From NCBI GenBank assembly GCA_963575745.1, contig CAUYUJ010000325.1, positions 372,001 through 436,000 of the forward strand: a DNA stretch of 64,000 bases, read 5' to 3'. The stretch's first letter is position 1. Each line of letters starts with the position of its first letter. This DNA comes from Prorocentrum cordatum. Lineage: Eukaryota. Under the pieces are notes generated by a model. That model saw only the letters and a program-made list of their open reading frames with translations, ran no database searches and was not told where the DNA came from. The translations under genes were made by a program, and so were the position numbers. Positions 46,297-58,829 of this stretch are shown here, one piece after another.

Positions 46297-46879
46297 CCCC
46301 GAGGAGAGGAGCGCGGGGCCTCGACGGTGGTGGCGGGGCCGCCCAGCCGTCGAGGCGAGGAGGCCTGGGGTGGTGGTGGGTTCGCCTAGCCCCGAGAGGC
46401 AATGGCCAAGGCCTGAGAGGGCCCGCGCTGTGCGCCCACTGCGCGAGCGCGGCGCTGCCCCGAGGGGACCCCGTCGAAAAGCGTCGAAAAGCGTCGACGT
46501 CGTCCTCGTCGTCGCCTCAGACGAGGCGCCTCGGCCCCGCCCGCGCCGCGTCGGCGCAGCGCCGAAACCGCGCCCTCCTTGGAGCAATGCCGAGGGGGGT
46601 CACTACTGTCCTCGAGACAACGCCATCTCCCGGAAGAAGTGGGTGCCCAAGATCCGCCACCGCGCTTGCAGCGGCAGGTGTGTGTCGGGCCCTTTCGCTT
46701 TTTGCGAAGCAGTGATGCCCCCCCCCCCCCGACGGATCGAGCCCAAGATGCGTTTAGTTGTCACCAAATCCCTGCGTTGTTGGCCTTCCAAGCGGAAAAT
46801 GTGCCCACATACGAAATGTGGCGAGAGAGGTTCCATGGATCCTCCACTGTCCCAAGCGCTCGCCATGGCCACAGCGGGT

Positions 46880-48490
46880 CTAGAAGGCCCCCAAACTGGC
46901 CAAGAGGGCCCCAGAGGCCCCCAAGACGCTCCAGGGGGACCCCGAGTCGCCGAAAGATCGCGCCAAGACGTCCTGGATGGCCGGGAGACGGCCCGAGAAG
47001 TCTCCGTGCCTCCCCAAGAGGCCCCCAAGAGGTCTCCAAAGAGGGCCCCAAGAAGCAGAAATCGTCCCTTTCCCTTCGGGTAAACGCTCATGTTTAGCAG
47101 ACTCGCATCTTGAGCTTTCACAACAACCAAGACGACCCAAGACGCCCCAAAGATCTGTCCGAAACGGCCCAAGAGGTCCCGAAGAACGCTCCCTAACAAT
47201 CCAAAAATGCCCAGAGACGGCCCAAGAGGCCCGTCTTGACGAGCCCAAGAGAGGGCCCGGAGAGGGGTCAAACGAAATTTCAAGCCTTCGGCCCAAGGAG
47301 GCCCCCAAAGACTCTCAAGAGGCCTCCAAAATGCCCCAAGAGGCCCTGGGGAGGCCCCCGGGCCCAGCACGAGCCCAAAGCTCCCTCCAAGGCGCCCCCG
47401 AGAGGCCTCCAAGATTTCTCCAAGAGGCCCCCGAAGAAGTCCCAAAACTGCCTCCAAGATAAGATGCCTCCAAAACGCTTTCTTCTGAACGTAATTGTTG
47501 CAAACAAGAATGTGTTCCTTGATTCTACATCTTCAACCGTCTCGAGGCGTGAGGCGATTGAACACGCTCTCACAGGCCCCCCTCGTCCCTATGGGGTGCG
47601 CGAGCGCACAGCAGCTACGCGACCGACTGCTTCTTCTTAGCGTGACTTCGGGCGAGAGCTCTGGCACAATGAAAGCACCCCAAAATTCTCCTGCCGCTAC
47701 GACCCACGAGAACGCGGTAATGAATTCGCCGGCCCAACGGGCCAGAGGCGTGCGAAGATCTCTGGAAACTGCTGAATAATACTTCCTACTTCGCGCACGC
47801 GGGGCGGCCCCTGGGCGTCCCCGGACGAACAGTACCCCGGGCGATCCCCGGCAGGGTTGGGTCAGAGATGCTTTTCCTCCTGGGCGCCGCCCCCGTGGCC
47901 CTCCAGAGAGCCCCAAGAAGGGCCACGAGGCCGCCAAGAGCCCTCCAAGATGGTTCAAGAGTGCTCCGAGATGCCACACGATCGTTCCAAGACGCCAAGA
48001 TGGCCCCCAGACGCCCCAAGAGGCCTCCAAGAGCACTCCCCAGATTGCCCCAAGAGGCAGAATTCATTACTTTTCCTTAGGTTGGCCTGATTTTGGCGTG
48101 TCCATCTTTTCGGCTTCCCGACGCCCCAAGACGGCCCAAGAGGCCCCCAAGATCGCCCCAAGAGTGCCCAAGAAGGTCCCAAGAAGGCCCCAAGATGGCC
48201 CAAGAGGGCTCCAAGACGGCCCCAGAGGCATCCAAGACGGCCCAAGAGGGGGCTCAGAGGGGCCCCAGAGGGCCCCAAGCGATGCCCCAAAGGGGGAACA
48301 CAAAACAAACTTCGAGCCCTCGGCCTTAAGAAGCCCCCAGGAGGCCTCAAGAGGCCCCTGAGAGGCCCCCAAAGCCCCCAAGAGGCCCTCAGGAGGCCCC
48401 CAATCGACGCTGACGAGAACCCCCAGCGGCCCCAAGAGGCTCAGTCATGCGAAATGGGCCGGCGGAATGAGCGAAGCGATTCAATAACTT
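46880..48490. repeat. CCCCAAGA/CCAAGACGG-rich dispersed repeats (about 46880-47470 and 47900-48490)
   Basis: Repeats of the same composition occur at about 31050-31800, 37550-38310 (inverted) and 52190-53060. Confidence 0.7.
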
Positions 48491-49451
48491 CACGCCTCAC
48501 ACGGTCTTCGCGCTGTCGATGTTATGCAGGGGCTCGTGTGGCGATGTTCGCGGTCTCTTGGCCGAGCTATGGTCGCAGTGTCGGAGTATTCGGCCGTTCA
48601 GTGAAGCTTATGAGAGCTTCTTGGGGAGCTCTTGGAGGTCAATGGACCGAAGGAGCCTGTGGGCCCCTTTGGGGGGGCTCCTGGGGGTCCCTTAGGGTGC
48701 TCTTGGAGTTCTCTGGGGAACATCTGAGGTTTCTTGTGAGTCGTTTTGGGTGGCTCTGAATCCTTCCGAAAACGATTCCACGTCGACGTTGGTTCGGAGA
48801 CCCTGCCAAAACCAACTCATGATGATGGCCTGCCAGGCTGGTCTGCCGTGCTGGTCAGTCGACCTAGTCTGCGCCTCAGGCGTATGATGGACCTTGTGGG
48901 TCGTCGAGGGCTCTGGGGGCTCTCTTCAAAACTTTGAGGAGCTCTTGCGAGCTTGGAAAGAACTGTTCGGAGCCTGATGGGAACCCCGTCGAGGGTTCTT
49001 GAGCACTCTTGGACTTCCTGGGCAGGTTTCGAGAAGCTCCCTAGGGCCATCTTGGCGCCATGTGGAGCCACCAAGGAGCTCTCCAAGACCATACGGGAGA
49101 CTCTGGCCCACAACTGCCTTGCCTGCCTCGACCGGCTGCTGCCAGGCGGCGGATATATGCGGCACTGCCACTGGATTAGGAGGCAACTCCTGGGAGGTCG
49201 TCAGAACGATTAAAGCCTAGTAAGCAAGCCCGATTAAATCCGCCGGCCCCCTTGTGGGGCCACCAGGCTGTAGGAGCGGGATTCGCAGTTTCCTGTACCA
49301 GTTGTAGCTTGCAATTTCCAGTGTTACAGTTCTGCTTCTTGCCGGTTACTGTAACTAGTTGATTGACCGCGCGAGGGGGGGGGAGGCCCAAACCAGATAT
49401 TTAGCACCTCCTGGGCGCGTTGTCTGAATTGCTGGGGAAGCTCGAAATCGA

Positions 49452-50121
49452 CACCCCTCACGCAGATCCGCGGGGTCAGGGTCCAAAAACACAGGGGATT
49501 TGCAACATTTCTGAAATTCGGTGCCACCCCTCACGCAGATCCGCGGGGTCAGGGTCCAAAAACACATGGGATTTGCCACATTTCTGAAATTCGGTGCCAC
49601 CCCTCACGCAGATCCGCGGGGTCAGGGTCCAAAAACACATGGGATTTGCCACATTTCTGAAATTCGGTGCCACCCCTCACGCAGATCCGCGGGGTCAGGG
49701 TCCAAAAACACAGGGGATTTGCCACATTTCTGAAATTCGGTGCCACCCCTCACGCAGATCCGCGGGGTCAGGGTCCAAAAACACATGGGATTTGCCACAT
49801 TTCTGAAATTCGGTGCCACCCCTCACGCAGATCCGCGGGGTCAGGGTCCAAAAACACAGGGGATTTGCCACATTTCTGAAATTCGGTGCCACCCCTCACG
49901 CAGATCCGCGGGGTCAGGGTCCAAAAACACATGGGATTTGCCACATTTCTGAAATTCGGTGCCACCCCTCACGCAGATCCGCGGGGTCAGGGTCCAAAAA
50001 CACAGGGGATTTGCCACATTTCTGAAATTCGGTGCCACCCCTCACGCAGATCCGCGGGGTCAGGGTCCAAAAACACAGGGATTTGGCACATTTCTGAAAT
50101 TCGGTGCCACCCTTCACGCAC
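49452..50121. repeat. Near-perfect 73-bp minisatellite, 9 full copies plus a partial
   Basis: CACCCCTCACGCAGATCCGCGGGGTCAGGGTCCAAAAACACA(G/T)GGGATTTGCCACATTTCTGAAATTCGGTGC at 49452, 49525 ... 50036. No spacers. Confidence 0.97.
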
Positions 50122-50439
50122 ATCCATCGCAAGGCGTGGTAACCCAAACTGCGAGAACTCCCTCGGCCCTTTAATCGCAAGGTGTGGTAACCAAGCCCGT
50201 AAACCATACACGTCTTACCAATCGCCAGGTGTGGTAACCCCTCTTGTGATCAGTTGGTTTTGCTGATTGCGAATCGGCTTCGCATGAAGTTTCGATACTG
50301 CTTCACGACAGCGCCAAGGCCTCATGACTTAGCTCTTCCATGGCCCATTCTCCGAGAGAGGGGGCCGGCGGCAGGGGGCGAAGCCCTTACGGATTATCCC
50401 AGTGCGACCCTACCTAGGAGTTGGAGAATCTAGGAAAGC

Positions 50440-51258
50440 ACATCTACATCTACACCGACAGCTACCTGAACATCTACACCTACATCTACATCTACATCAA
50501 TATCAACAGCGAGACTCACATCTACACCTACATCCACACATACATCTACACCTACATCTACATCTACATCTACATCTGCACCTACATCCACATCTACACC
50601 TACACCTACAGCTACATCTACATCTACACTGTCGTATTGGTGTTGTGGTTGCGTTGCATGATATGCCATGTTATGCTATGATTGGCTATGCTATGCTATG
50701 CTATGCTATGGTGTGTTAATACTGCGCTGCGCTATGCTGCGCTGCGCTAAGCTAAGGTAACTTAAGCTATGCGTCGCCATGCTATGCTAGGCTATGCTGC
50801 GCTATGCTATGATATGCTGCGCTATGATATGTTATGCTAGGCTATGATATGATATGTTATGCTGCGCTATGTTATGCTATACTGCGCTATGATATGCTGC
50901 GCTGTGCTATGCTGTGCCATGATTTGCTGTGCTATGCTATGCTATGCTGCGCTGTGCTATGCTAAGCAATGCTGTTGCACTGTGCTATGCTATGCTATGC
51001 TATGCTGGGCTATGCTATGCTATGCTATGCTTGGCTATGCTACGCTATGCCATGGTGTGCTAATGCTGCGCTGTGCTATGCTGCGCTGCGCTAAGCTAAG
51101 GTAAGCTAAGCTATGCAAAGCTGAGCTAAGCTAAGCTAGGCTAGGCTAGGCTAGGCTAGGCTAAGCTAAGCTAAGCTAAGCTAAGCCAGGCCAAGCCAAG
51201 CCAAGCTAAGCTAAGCTAAGCCTAGCTAAGCTAAGCTGAGCTAGGCTAGGCTAGGCAA
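50440..51258. repeat. (CATCTA/CACCTA)n then (GCTAT)n and (GCTAA/GCTAG)n microsatellites
   Basis: Direct reading. Confidence 0.92.
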
Positions 51259-53159
51259 AGCGGGGGATCCTGGGGGAACCGCGGGGCGGATGCCGGGGGA
51301 ACCGCCCGGGGCGAGGAGCACTGCCCGCCCCTGTAAGCTTATACAGTAAGAACCCTTCTAGGCAGAGCCCAGGTAGGGAAATACACTTAACCGAAATAGG
51401 CCGGATTCAGCTTGGGGCTCCCGTTCGAGCCAGCACCCCCCCAACAACGCACACCCAGACCCCCCAGAATTCCACCCCGAGAACTCTGGGGGTCACATCG
51501 GTATGGGTATGGGTGCTAATTGTCAGCTCGTGACTCGTGATGATCACCCTTGGCACTGCCCGTCCGGCTCCGCCAACGCGAGCCGCGCGGCTGACTTACA
51601 GTTGTCGGAAATGCACCCCGAACGATGCGAACAAATATGGCGCAAATTCACGCCTCCGAAATCCGCCACCGTGCCACTGCAGCACGATGTAGATTGTCAC
51701 CAGTTCCTTTGCTCAAACCTCTGAGCCTCAATTCTCAATACTGAACATTCTTCAGCGGCCCAGACCTACTGCTCTCAAACATTGCTTGGTCCAATCAGCA
51801 GGGCACCGCTCCGCGAATTGGCCTCAAATCATGCGTCCAGAGCGTGGTTGGCCCCAGTTAGCGGAGCGCCGCTCCGCTAGAGGCGGCGCTCTGCAAATTG
51901 GCCAACAAGCTAAGATTTCCCATAGCCTCGCCCCGATTAGCGGAGCGAGCTCCGCCAATGTGCTGAGACTCTCCAATCTCCAAATCAGCTCACAATCCCA
52001 CGACATCCCAACCCACAACCCAGGCCCAGTGGGGGATAGGCCGAAGGCCATTAAATCCGCCGACCCCTGTTGGTATACTCGTCTTGGTTTGGATTCTTGT
52101 TTCCCACAAAACTCCCCCCTGGGGATTCGGCCCAGCCCCCAGCCACCCGGAAGGCTTGCCCACAGGTGGCTGCAAGCGGCTATTCCGCTCCAGATGGCTC
52201 AAAGAAGGCCCAAGATGGCCTCCAAGATGGCTAAGATGGCCTTCAAGATCGCCCTAGATGGTCCAAGATGGCCTCCGCGACGGCCCAAGAACGTTGAAGA
52301 TGCCTCAACGATTGCCCAAGAATCCTCCAAAAGGGCCCAATATGGCCTCAAGATGACGGCAGGCGGCTCAAGGCCCGAAGAGGCCAACATCAGTGATTTT
52401 CAGTAGGTTTGTAGAGGATTTCGGCAGTTGCTTCATTTAGGCCTTCCGACGGCCCGAGACGGCCCAAGAGGCCCCAAAACGGCCTCAAGAGGGCTCCAAG
52501 ATGGCACAAGTGGCCCCCACGACGCCCAAAATGGCCTCCAAGACGGCCCTGCAAGAGGGCCCCAAATCGGCCAAGAGATACCCCCAAGACGGCTTCCAGC
52601 GGCGTGAGACGGGCCAGGAATACCATCAGACGGCCAAAAGGGCCCCCGAGAAGCCCCAAAATGCCCCCAAGAGGCCCAAGGAGGCCCCCAAGATGCCTCC
52701 ATGAGGCTCCCACGAAGCTGTCAGGAGGCCCCAAGGGCGCCCCCGGAGGCTCCCAAGACGCCCCCTCCTCCTCCTCCTCCTTTTCCTCCTCCTCCTTTTC
52801 CTCCCTCTCCTTCTCCTCCTCCTCCTTCTCCTCGTCCTCCTCCTCCTCCTCCTCCTCCTCCTCCTCCTCCTCCTCCTCCTCCTCCTGAGTTGCCCCGCCA
52901 TCCTCCCCCAAAAGTTCCCCGAAGGGTTTCCACAACGGCAGGGGGAACACATGGTCAGATAGTTTGGCAGAACTCTTGCCACAACGCTCGGCCACATGGG
53001 CGACTCCAAAAGGCAGGGGAGGGCGGTGATTCGCCGTAGGCGTCATCGATCCGCCGCCCCCCGTTGATTTATCACCAGGCGGCCCAGCGCGCTGAATGTC
53101 TTATGGTTTCTCCCCACCCGACAAGTTGAGGTCGTTAGATTTTAAAAGCTGACCTCCCA

Positions 53160-53422
53160 GCCCGCCCCCCTTGTATACCGCGGCCGCCAGATCGCCAGGC
53201 CCCCGATAATCCCGAGTGGTCCCATCACCCCCTGCCCTGCATACCGCGGCCGCCAGATCCCCAGGCCCCCGATAATCCATGGTGGTCCCGCCCCCCCTCG
53301 CCCTGCATACCGCGGCCGCCAAGTCTCCCGGCTCCCGATAATCCATGGTGGTCGCGCCCCCCGCGCCGTCTCGCCCACTCGGCATACTGCGGCCGCCAGA
53401 TTCCCAAGTCGCCAGATAATCC
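53160..53422. repeat. 66-bp tandem repeat, about 4 copies, each containing GCGGCCGC
   Basis: ATACCGCGGCCGCCA at 53175, 53241 and 53307, with a variant near 53384. Confidence 0.85.
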
Positions 53423-55553
53423 CTGAAGGTCTCGCCCCGCGCGCCGATTCGCCGACTTTGCATGGTTTCAAAAGGGTTGGGAGGCCCAACCAGCAGCTTC
53501 GCCGCAGGCGAATCCCAGCTCCCGCTCTGTTGTACCGTAGTAACGATAGTCCCAGTAGCAGGGGGCGAGCCATCTCAAGCAGTTTTGGCATCGCAAATGG
53601 TACACCTCCTGCCGAGGTGTAGTCAGATCTGGGCGGCCGGCCGCTTTGAGCCAAGCAGCCGCGGATGCACGCTCGTTCCCACTCACATGCAACGCCCAGC
53701 TCACTTTAGAGTCGGGGGGGAGACGAAGCGTGAACCCGCCGCCTCTATACAGCAGGTACAGCAGCGACTATTATACATAAAAGGCAGCAGAAGAGCGGGG
53801 CCGTAAGGAAAGTGGACCCGCACGCAAGTTGCTTTGCCTGCACTATACGGCGCATACGAGTACTCCTCAGGCGGCTACAGAACGAAATGTCTGGCCAGCC
53901 CGATAGGGAGCATGACGCTTTAAGTCACGTTTGAAGGACTGTGTACCTCCCATGACCTGTAGGAGCATTTCTCGGTCGATGCTCCTTTTGGTGTGACCGC
54001 CCGCAGTCAAATAGCGGGTGTCACACCACTGCATACTGCGCACGATTCCTCGCGCCATTATCTGTCGTATCCGGCTGATGTGTCCTACAAGGGTACACAC
54101 CCAGTCGGCTTCCTCAAGTCTTTGCTTGACAATGACTTTAAAACAGACTCAGCATCTATGGTCAAAGTGACCTTGATGCTCAGGCCACCCAACTCAAGAA
54201 TGTATGTCAATTGAGTGGGAGTTAGCGGCCCTGCATGGAACTCGCGCAGGGTCACGATCGTGGGACAACAGTCCTCCAAGTTGTGGGCAGCTGCTAAATG
54301 TCCTTGCTGAATAGCTCGAGCAGACCTGCAATCGGCAAAACTTGCAGTGCGCATCGGTCAAGTGAACGACGGGCTTGCCAGATTGCGTCCACGCCGTAGC
54401 AGGTTTGCCCCGCGAATATCATTGCCTTTGACTTCGTCGTCGGCGTCTCCACTCAGGCGTCGGTAACCTGAGTCGCCGTGCAAGTCAACCTCGCCGGTAG
54501 GGGTCACCGCCTGGTAGACAATCTTCTTAGGACAGGCCTGCACTTGTATATCGGTCGGTTCTTGGACGCGCTGCAGAGACACAACATGCACAATCAAACG
54601 CGCCAGGGTGATTACTGCACGCGCCAGTGCGCCTCTCAGGCCAACGAACATGTCTGCAACCATCTTGGATGCCTGAGCGTCAGCGTCGGCGCCGGTAACT
54701 TCAGGATGTTGTATAGGACGGAAACGCTTGATGTATTCGTCTTGGCCTAAAGTAACACTGCCGCCCACATCCGTGGTATATCTCACTGCGCAATAGGTGC
54801 ACGTGCTCGTTGAGTTAAACCTACCAAACGATTATTCTACGCACTTGCCACTTGTCAATCTCTTTGGCCGTACGCAGGTTGCTGCTCGTCTTGAACTCCT
54901 CGTCGTAGGACGTGGGTCTGAAATCAAAACGTCTCGTGGTCCTCCTGTGCTTTAGTGGGAAAGGTAGGGGTGCGTCTTTGGTGCCGGTGCCTGGCTTAAG
55001 GCGCTGCAAGCAGTGCTTCGACTCGTCGCTGCGTTCGAATCCTGGGGGAGTTCGAAGCACCGTGGCCGATCCAGGCGGCAGAGTAGAACACGCCACGCGC
55101 CCCTTTTCACCAGTTGCCTCAGCAAGTTCCTGGTGGGTCAACCCTTTCAGCAAAGCCATGTTGATGTCGGGGGAGGCAATGATCCATTGCTTATTGCACG
55201 CTGCCGCGCTCGCGAGCGGTCTCTGGCTCGACCGCCGCGCTGTCACCGAAAAGGCTTCCGCATCAAAGTCTCCAAGGTCTATGGGGCCTCGAGGCACCGA
55301 GCGTAATCTGATGGCACGTTCCAGTTCGCCCTTCTCTTTCTTCACGAACTTCCAGTTGTACACAGACCGCGAAGTCATGATGTTTGACGCTTTGGATATT
55401 TCTTGTAGTTTGAAGCACTTGTTGTCAAACCATGTCTTGAGTTCAGTGTGTGGGGCTCACGATGCTGTCTCGGGATTCGCCTGGACGTCAGCCTTCGCGA
55501 CGAGGTCGTCTTCCCTGAAGACCGCGGCTCGCTTTGCAGCGGCGGCAATATAT

Positions 55554-55786
55554 GACCCCGGGCTCCGGGCCCGCGGCCCCCCCCCCCCTCCCCAGATGGC
55601 GCGGCCCCAGGATTCCTCGGCCCCCCCCCCCCAGACGGCGCGGCCCCAGAGACGACGACGACCACGACGACGACAACGACGACGACGACGACGGCGACGG
55701 CGACAACGACGACGGCGACGACGAGACGACGACGACGGCGACGACCACGACGACGGCGATGGCTGCGGCGGCGACGACGCCGGCGA

Positions 55787-55857
<71 letters not shown>

Positions 55858-56122
55858 TGGACGACGACGACGACGACGACGACCTCTAAACCACCACAGA
55901 ACCACACCACATCCACCGTGGGGGGGGGGCACCGCACCGCAGCACCACGCCACGCCCACCTCTGAACCACCACAGCACCACACCACATCCACAGGGGGGG
56001 GAGGGGGGCACGGCAGCGCAGCACCACGCTACGCCCGCAGGGGGGACGGGGGGGACCATCGCGCTGGGGGGGGGGGGGGCAATGGCATCAGCATTGGCGG
56101 GGGGGGGGGCAAGCCCTGGGCC
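55554..56122. mobile_element. MITE-like insertion in the Copia pol
   Basis: ATATAT is duplicated at 55548-55553 and 56123-56128. Terminal inverted repeats GACCCCGGGCT / AGCCCTGGGCC have 2 mismatches. Removal restores RVYIAAAAKRAAV. Confidence 0.8.
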
Positions 56123-57235
56123 ATATATACTCGCACGGTGGTCACGCGGTCGGCATCTAATATCCTGCGCTGTTGTTCGGACAGGACCACCTTTGACATT
56201 TCTGCCGTGAAGCAGTTTTCCACATATTGTCCATTGTCGTCTGAGTCCTCTCCGCAACTGCAATCTTCGACCATGGAGCACAGTGGGACATGATGCGTCT
56301 CCTCGATGTCGGAGTCGCGTGGGTGTTCCCGCTTAGGCAGGTGTCCCCGCTGTTCTTCAGCTACAGTGATCAGCGCACTACTGTCTGGAATCATCTGCAT
56401 GGGTACTGTGAAAAGATCCTCTAGTGGAGTTGCCTCCAGTAGTTCCCTTTTCATCTCGTAGTTCTGTCCACCGCACTCTCATAATGTGTGCCTCGAGGTC
56501 AGCCTCCGATTCCTCGTAAATCGTGGGAAACCGTCCTGCCTCCTGTGGTGGTTCGGATTATGAGGCTTCTCTTGCGGTTCCATCCGGCGTCGGTGCATTC
56601 GCTAATTCCGCTCGAACTTTGTCACATCTTGGTCAAAGCCCGCTTGAGGTTTGGTGGACACCAGGCACTGGATGATTCTTGAATGTGCTGTTCCTGATAT
56701 ACCGTCAAATCTTTAGAGCGGTGCCTTCTACTTCATAATAATGAAATTCTGGATTCACATCGTTGTCATAGTGGGACAATGTGCAACTGTCAGCGTAAGC
56801 AACTGGAGGTAGCTCATGCATACTCTTGGCTAATCTGACCGCAACTACTTTCTCAATGCGAAAAAAGTTTCTGGCGAGGCATTCTAAAGCCAGAGGTACC
56901 TCAGGAGGTAGCGGGCTTGCACTCGTCACTTGAAGCATCCCCTTCTCGGTCGGGACATAGCCAAATGTCATAGCAGGTCCCCCCGGAGGTAAAACGGCCA
57001 CGAACGTCAACGCTGCCCGTAATGCAGTGTTGTCGGAGCCAATTTCTCTGGCTATCAAAGCTACAAGATAGAGTGAATGTCGTGCATCGCGGCATTGTAC
57101 CTGAACGTCGCGGTTTCCCACTCGAATGATGACTTGACCCCTCTCGGGATCGATTCTTACGGCTGGGAATGGGCCATTCAGCCTCCCCCGTCGTCCTTCG
57201 TGGTTGCGGGGCGACGATGACCAAATGAATCTCCT

Positions 57236-58071
57236 TCAATGCTGACCGGTGATAGTTGTCTTAGTGCGTAATGCACGATTGGTCTTGGCTACTGAAGTGG
57301 CCTGTGTAATACATTCAATGCGTACTTTGCGCATCATCTGTGCGCGGGAATGATCCGACGTTTCCGTCGGCCGTTCGTGATCCAGGATAGGCAAGTCAGG
57401 GAGCATTGCCGGTTGCCGTCCAAACAGGGCGTTGCATGGGGACACCTCACTATAGAAGGTGAACGCGTTGGCGGCAAACAAGACCTCATGCAGTAGTCGT
57501 GTGACTACAGAAGAGGTGTGTCTAACTTGTTGAGTTCAGCTTGCATGACATGAAGCAGATGGCGCAATATGTCACTTCTGGCTTCGATCGTCGTAGCGTA
57601 TTGTCCACGCGCACGTATCCTTAGTTCAATGCCCTTTGCCTGAAGGACTGCTTGCGCAGTGTCGTTGTTGAGGGTACCCTGTCCATCGGAGTAGAGTATC
57701 TTTGCAAGTCCAAACTGCATCTAGCACTGATGGTATGCATCCAGGATACTGGTCATCGTCTTGTCTGGCATCTCCATTCCAGCCGCATAACGAATGCAAC
57801 GATCGACGACATGAAGTACATGCTGTTCTTGCTTGTAGAACATAAGGTCACACTCAACTTCTTCGTTGAACTTGCCAGGCAGCGCAGTAGATAGCACAAC
57901 CGCATGCCCAGGCATGTCCCAAGCCCTGCACCCCCGACATGTGTCACAGACACCTTTAATCGGGTTGCGTCTGACGCTGTCCAGACCTATCTTGGTTAAG
58001 ACGAGTCTCATCTTAGGCTCTTTCGCATGGAACCAACGCAAGTGTAGCTTCCGCAGCTCGCGTGTTACCAC
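57236..58071 (-). pseudogene. Retroviral-type integrase remnant
   Basis: HHCC motif and D,D,E-region motifs, interrupted by in-frame stops. Confidence 0.8.
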
Positions 58072-58829
58072 GCTTGGGCCCAGGCTTCGTAAGGTTTGTA
58101 GACTAAAGTGTACGTCGGACCTTGATCAGTCTGGAAGTCGTGGTCGTGCAGCAGGGTTACCCGCGGGTGGCGGTGGAGGTGGATATCCTCCTCGCTGTCG
58201 GCCACGTCTGACTCTGACATGTGGCAGTCGGCTGTGGCCATCCGAACTCCAAGCTCCACTCGAGGCAGGTTGCCCTGCAGCAGGCTCAGCAGCATGTCTG
58301 CCTACTGTAATGTCGTGGCTGCTGGCGCCCGCCGTGGGTCCTGCTCTAGAACTGGGCATTGGTGCTCGTAGCCGCGCAAATGGTGGCGCGGCTTGCGCCT
58401 CGGGTGGTGGTGCTGCTGGTTCGGCAACAGCCGGTGGTACCTGTCCGTGATTGTCCGGCAACTTCCAAAGGTTGGCAAACTTGCATTTGCCAGGTGTCCG
58501 TCCATGTCCAGGCTTGTTTCGGCCGTGCTTCTTCTCGCAGCTCGGACATTCCCAATGGTAGTCATCCTTATCGTACCACCTGCCATGCTTGGGACTTCTG
58601 TCACGTAAAGGAGAACGCATGTTAACATTATCCGCACACGCAAAACATCCTCACCCTCCCGAGGGCGGTCTCGTGATCGAGCCGTCGGGTTGCCGAGGGA
58701 TAGTTGGAGCGTCCAAATCATATCCCCTCATGTTCGTGACTAGCACGGTGGACGAATAAGGGTGGCCATGACAGGGGTCACGGTTTACCTGGAAAAGATC
58801 GCGCGCGATCTGAACTGCGTCGACAAAAA

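Larger units (their letters stand above)
45033..46491 (+). mobile_element. RT-less SL-capped retroelement B4 (1.46 kb)
   Basis: Perfect SL at 45033-45054. The 3' end is GCCCCGAGGGGACCCCGTC plus a (CGTCGAAAAG)2 tail. A 14-bp TSD CGTCGACGTCGTCC lies at 45019-45032 and 46492-46505. Confidence 0.85.

Noticed and set aside
47533..49220. Short unique ORFs at 47.5-47.8 and 48.7-49.2 kb
   Set aside because: No recognisable motifs or splice pattern.
49452..50121. CRISPR array
   Set aside because: Head-to-tail, near-identical 73-bp units with no unique spacers and no cas genes.
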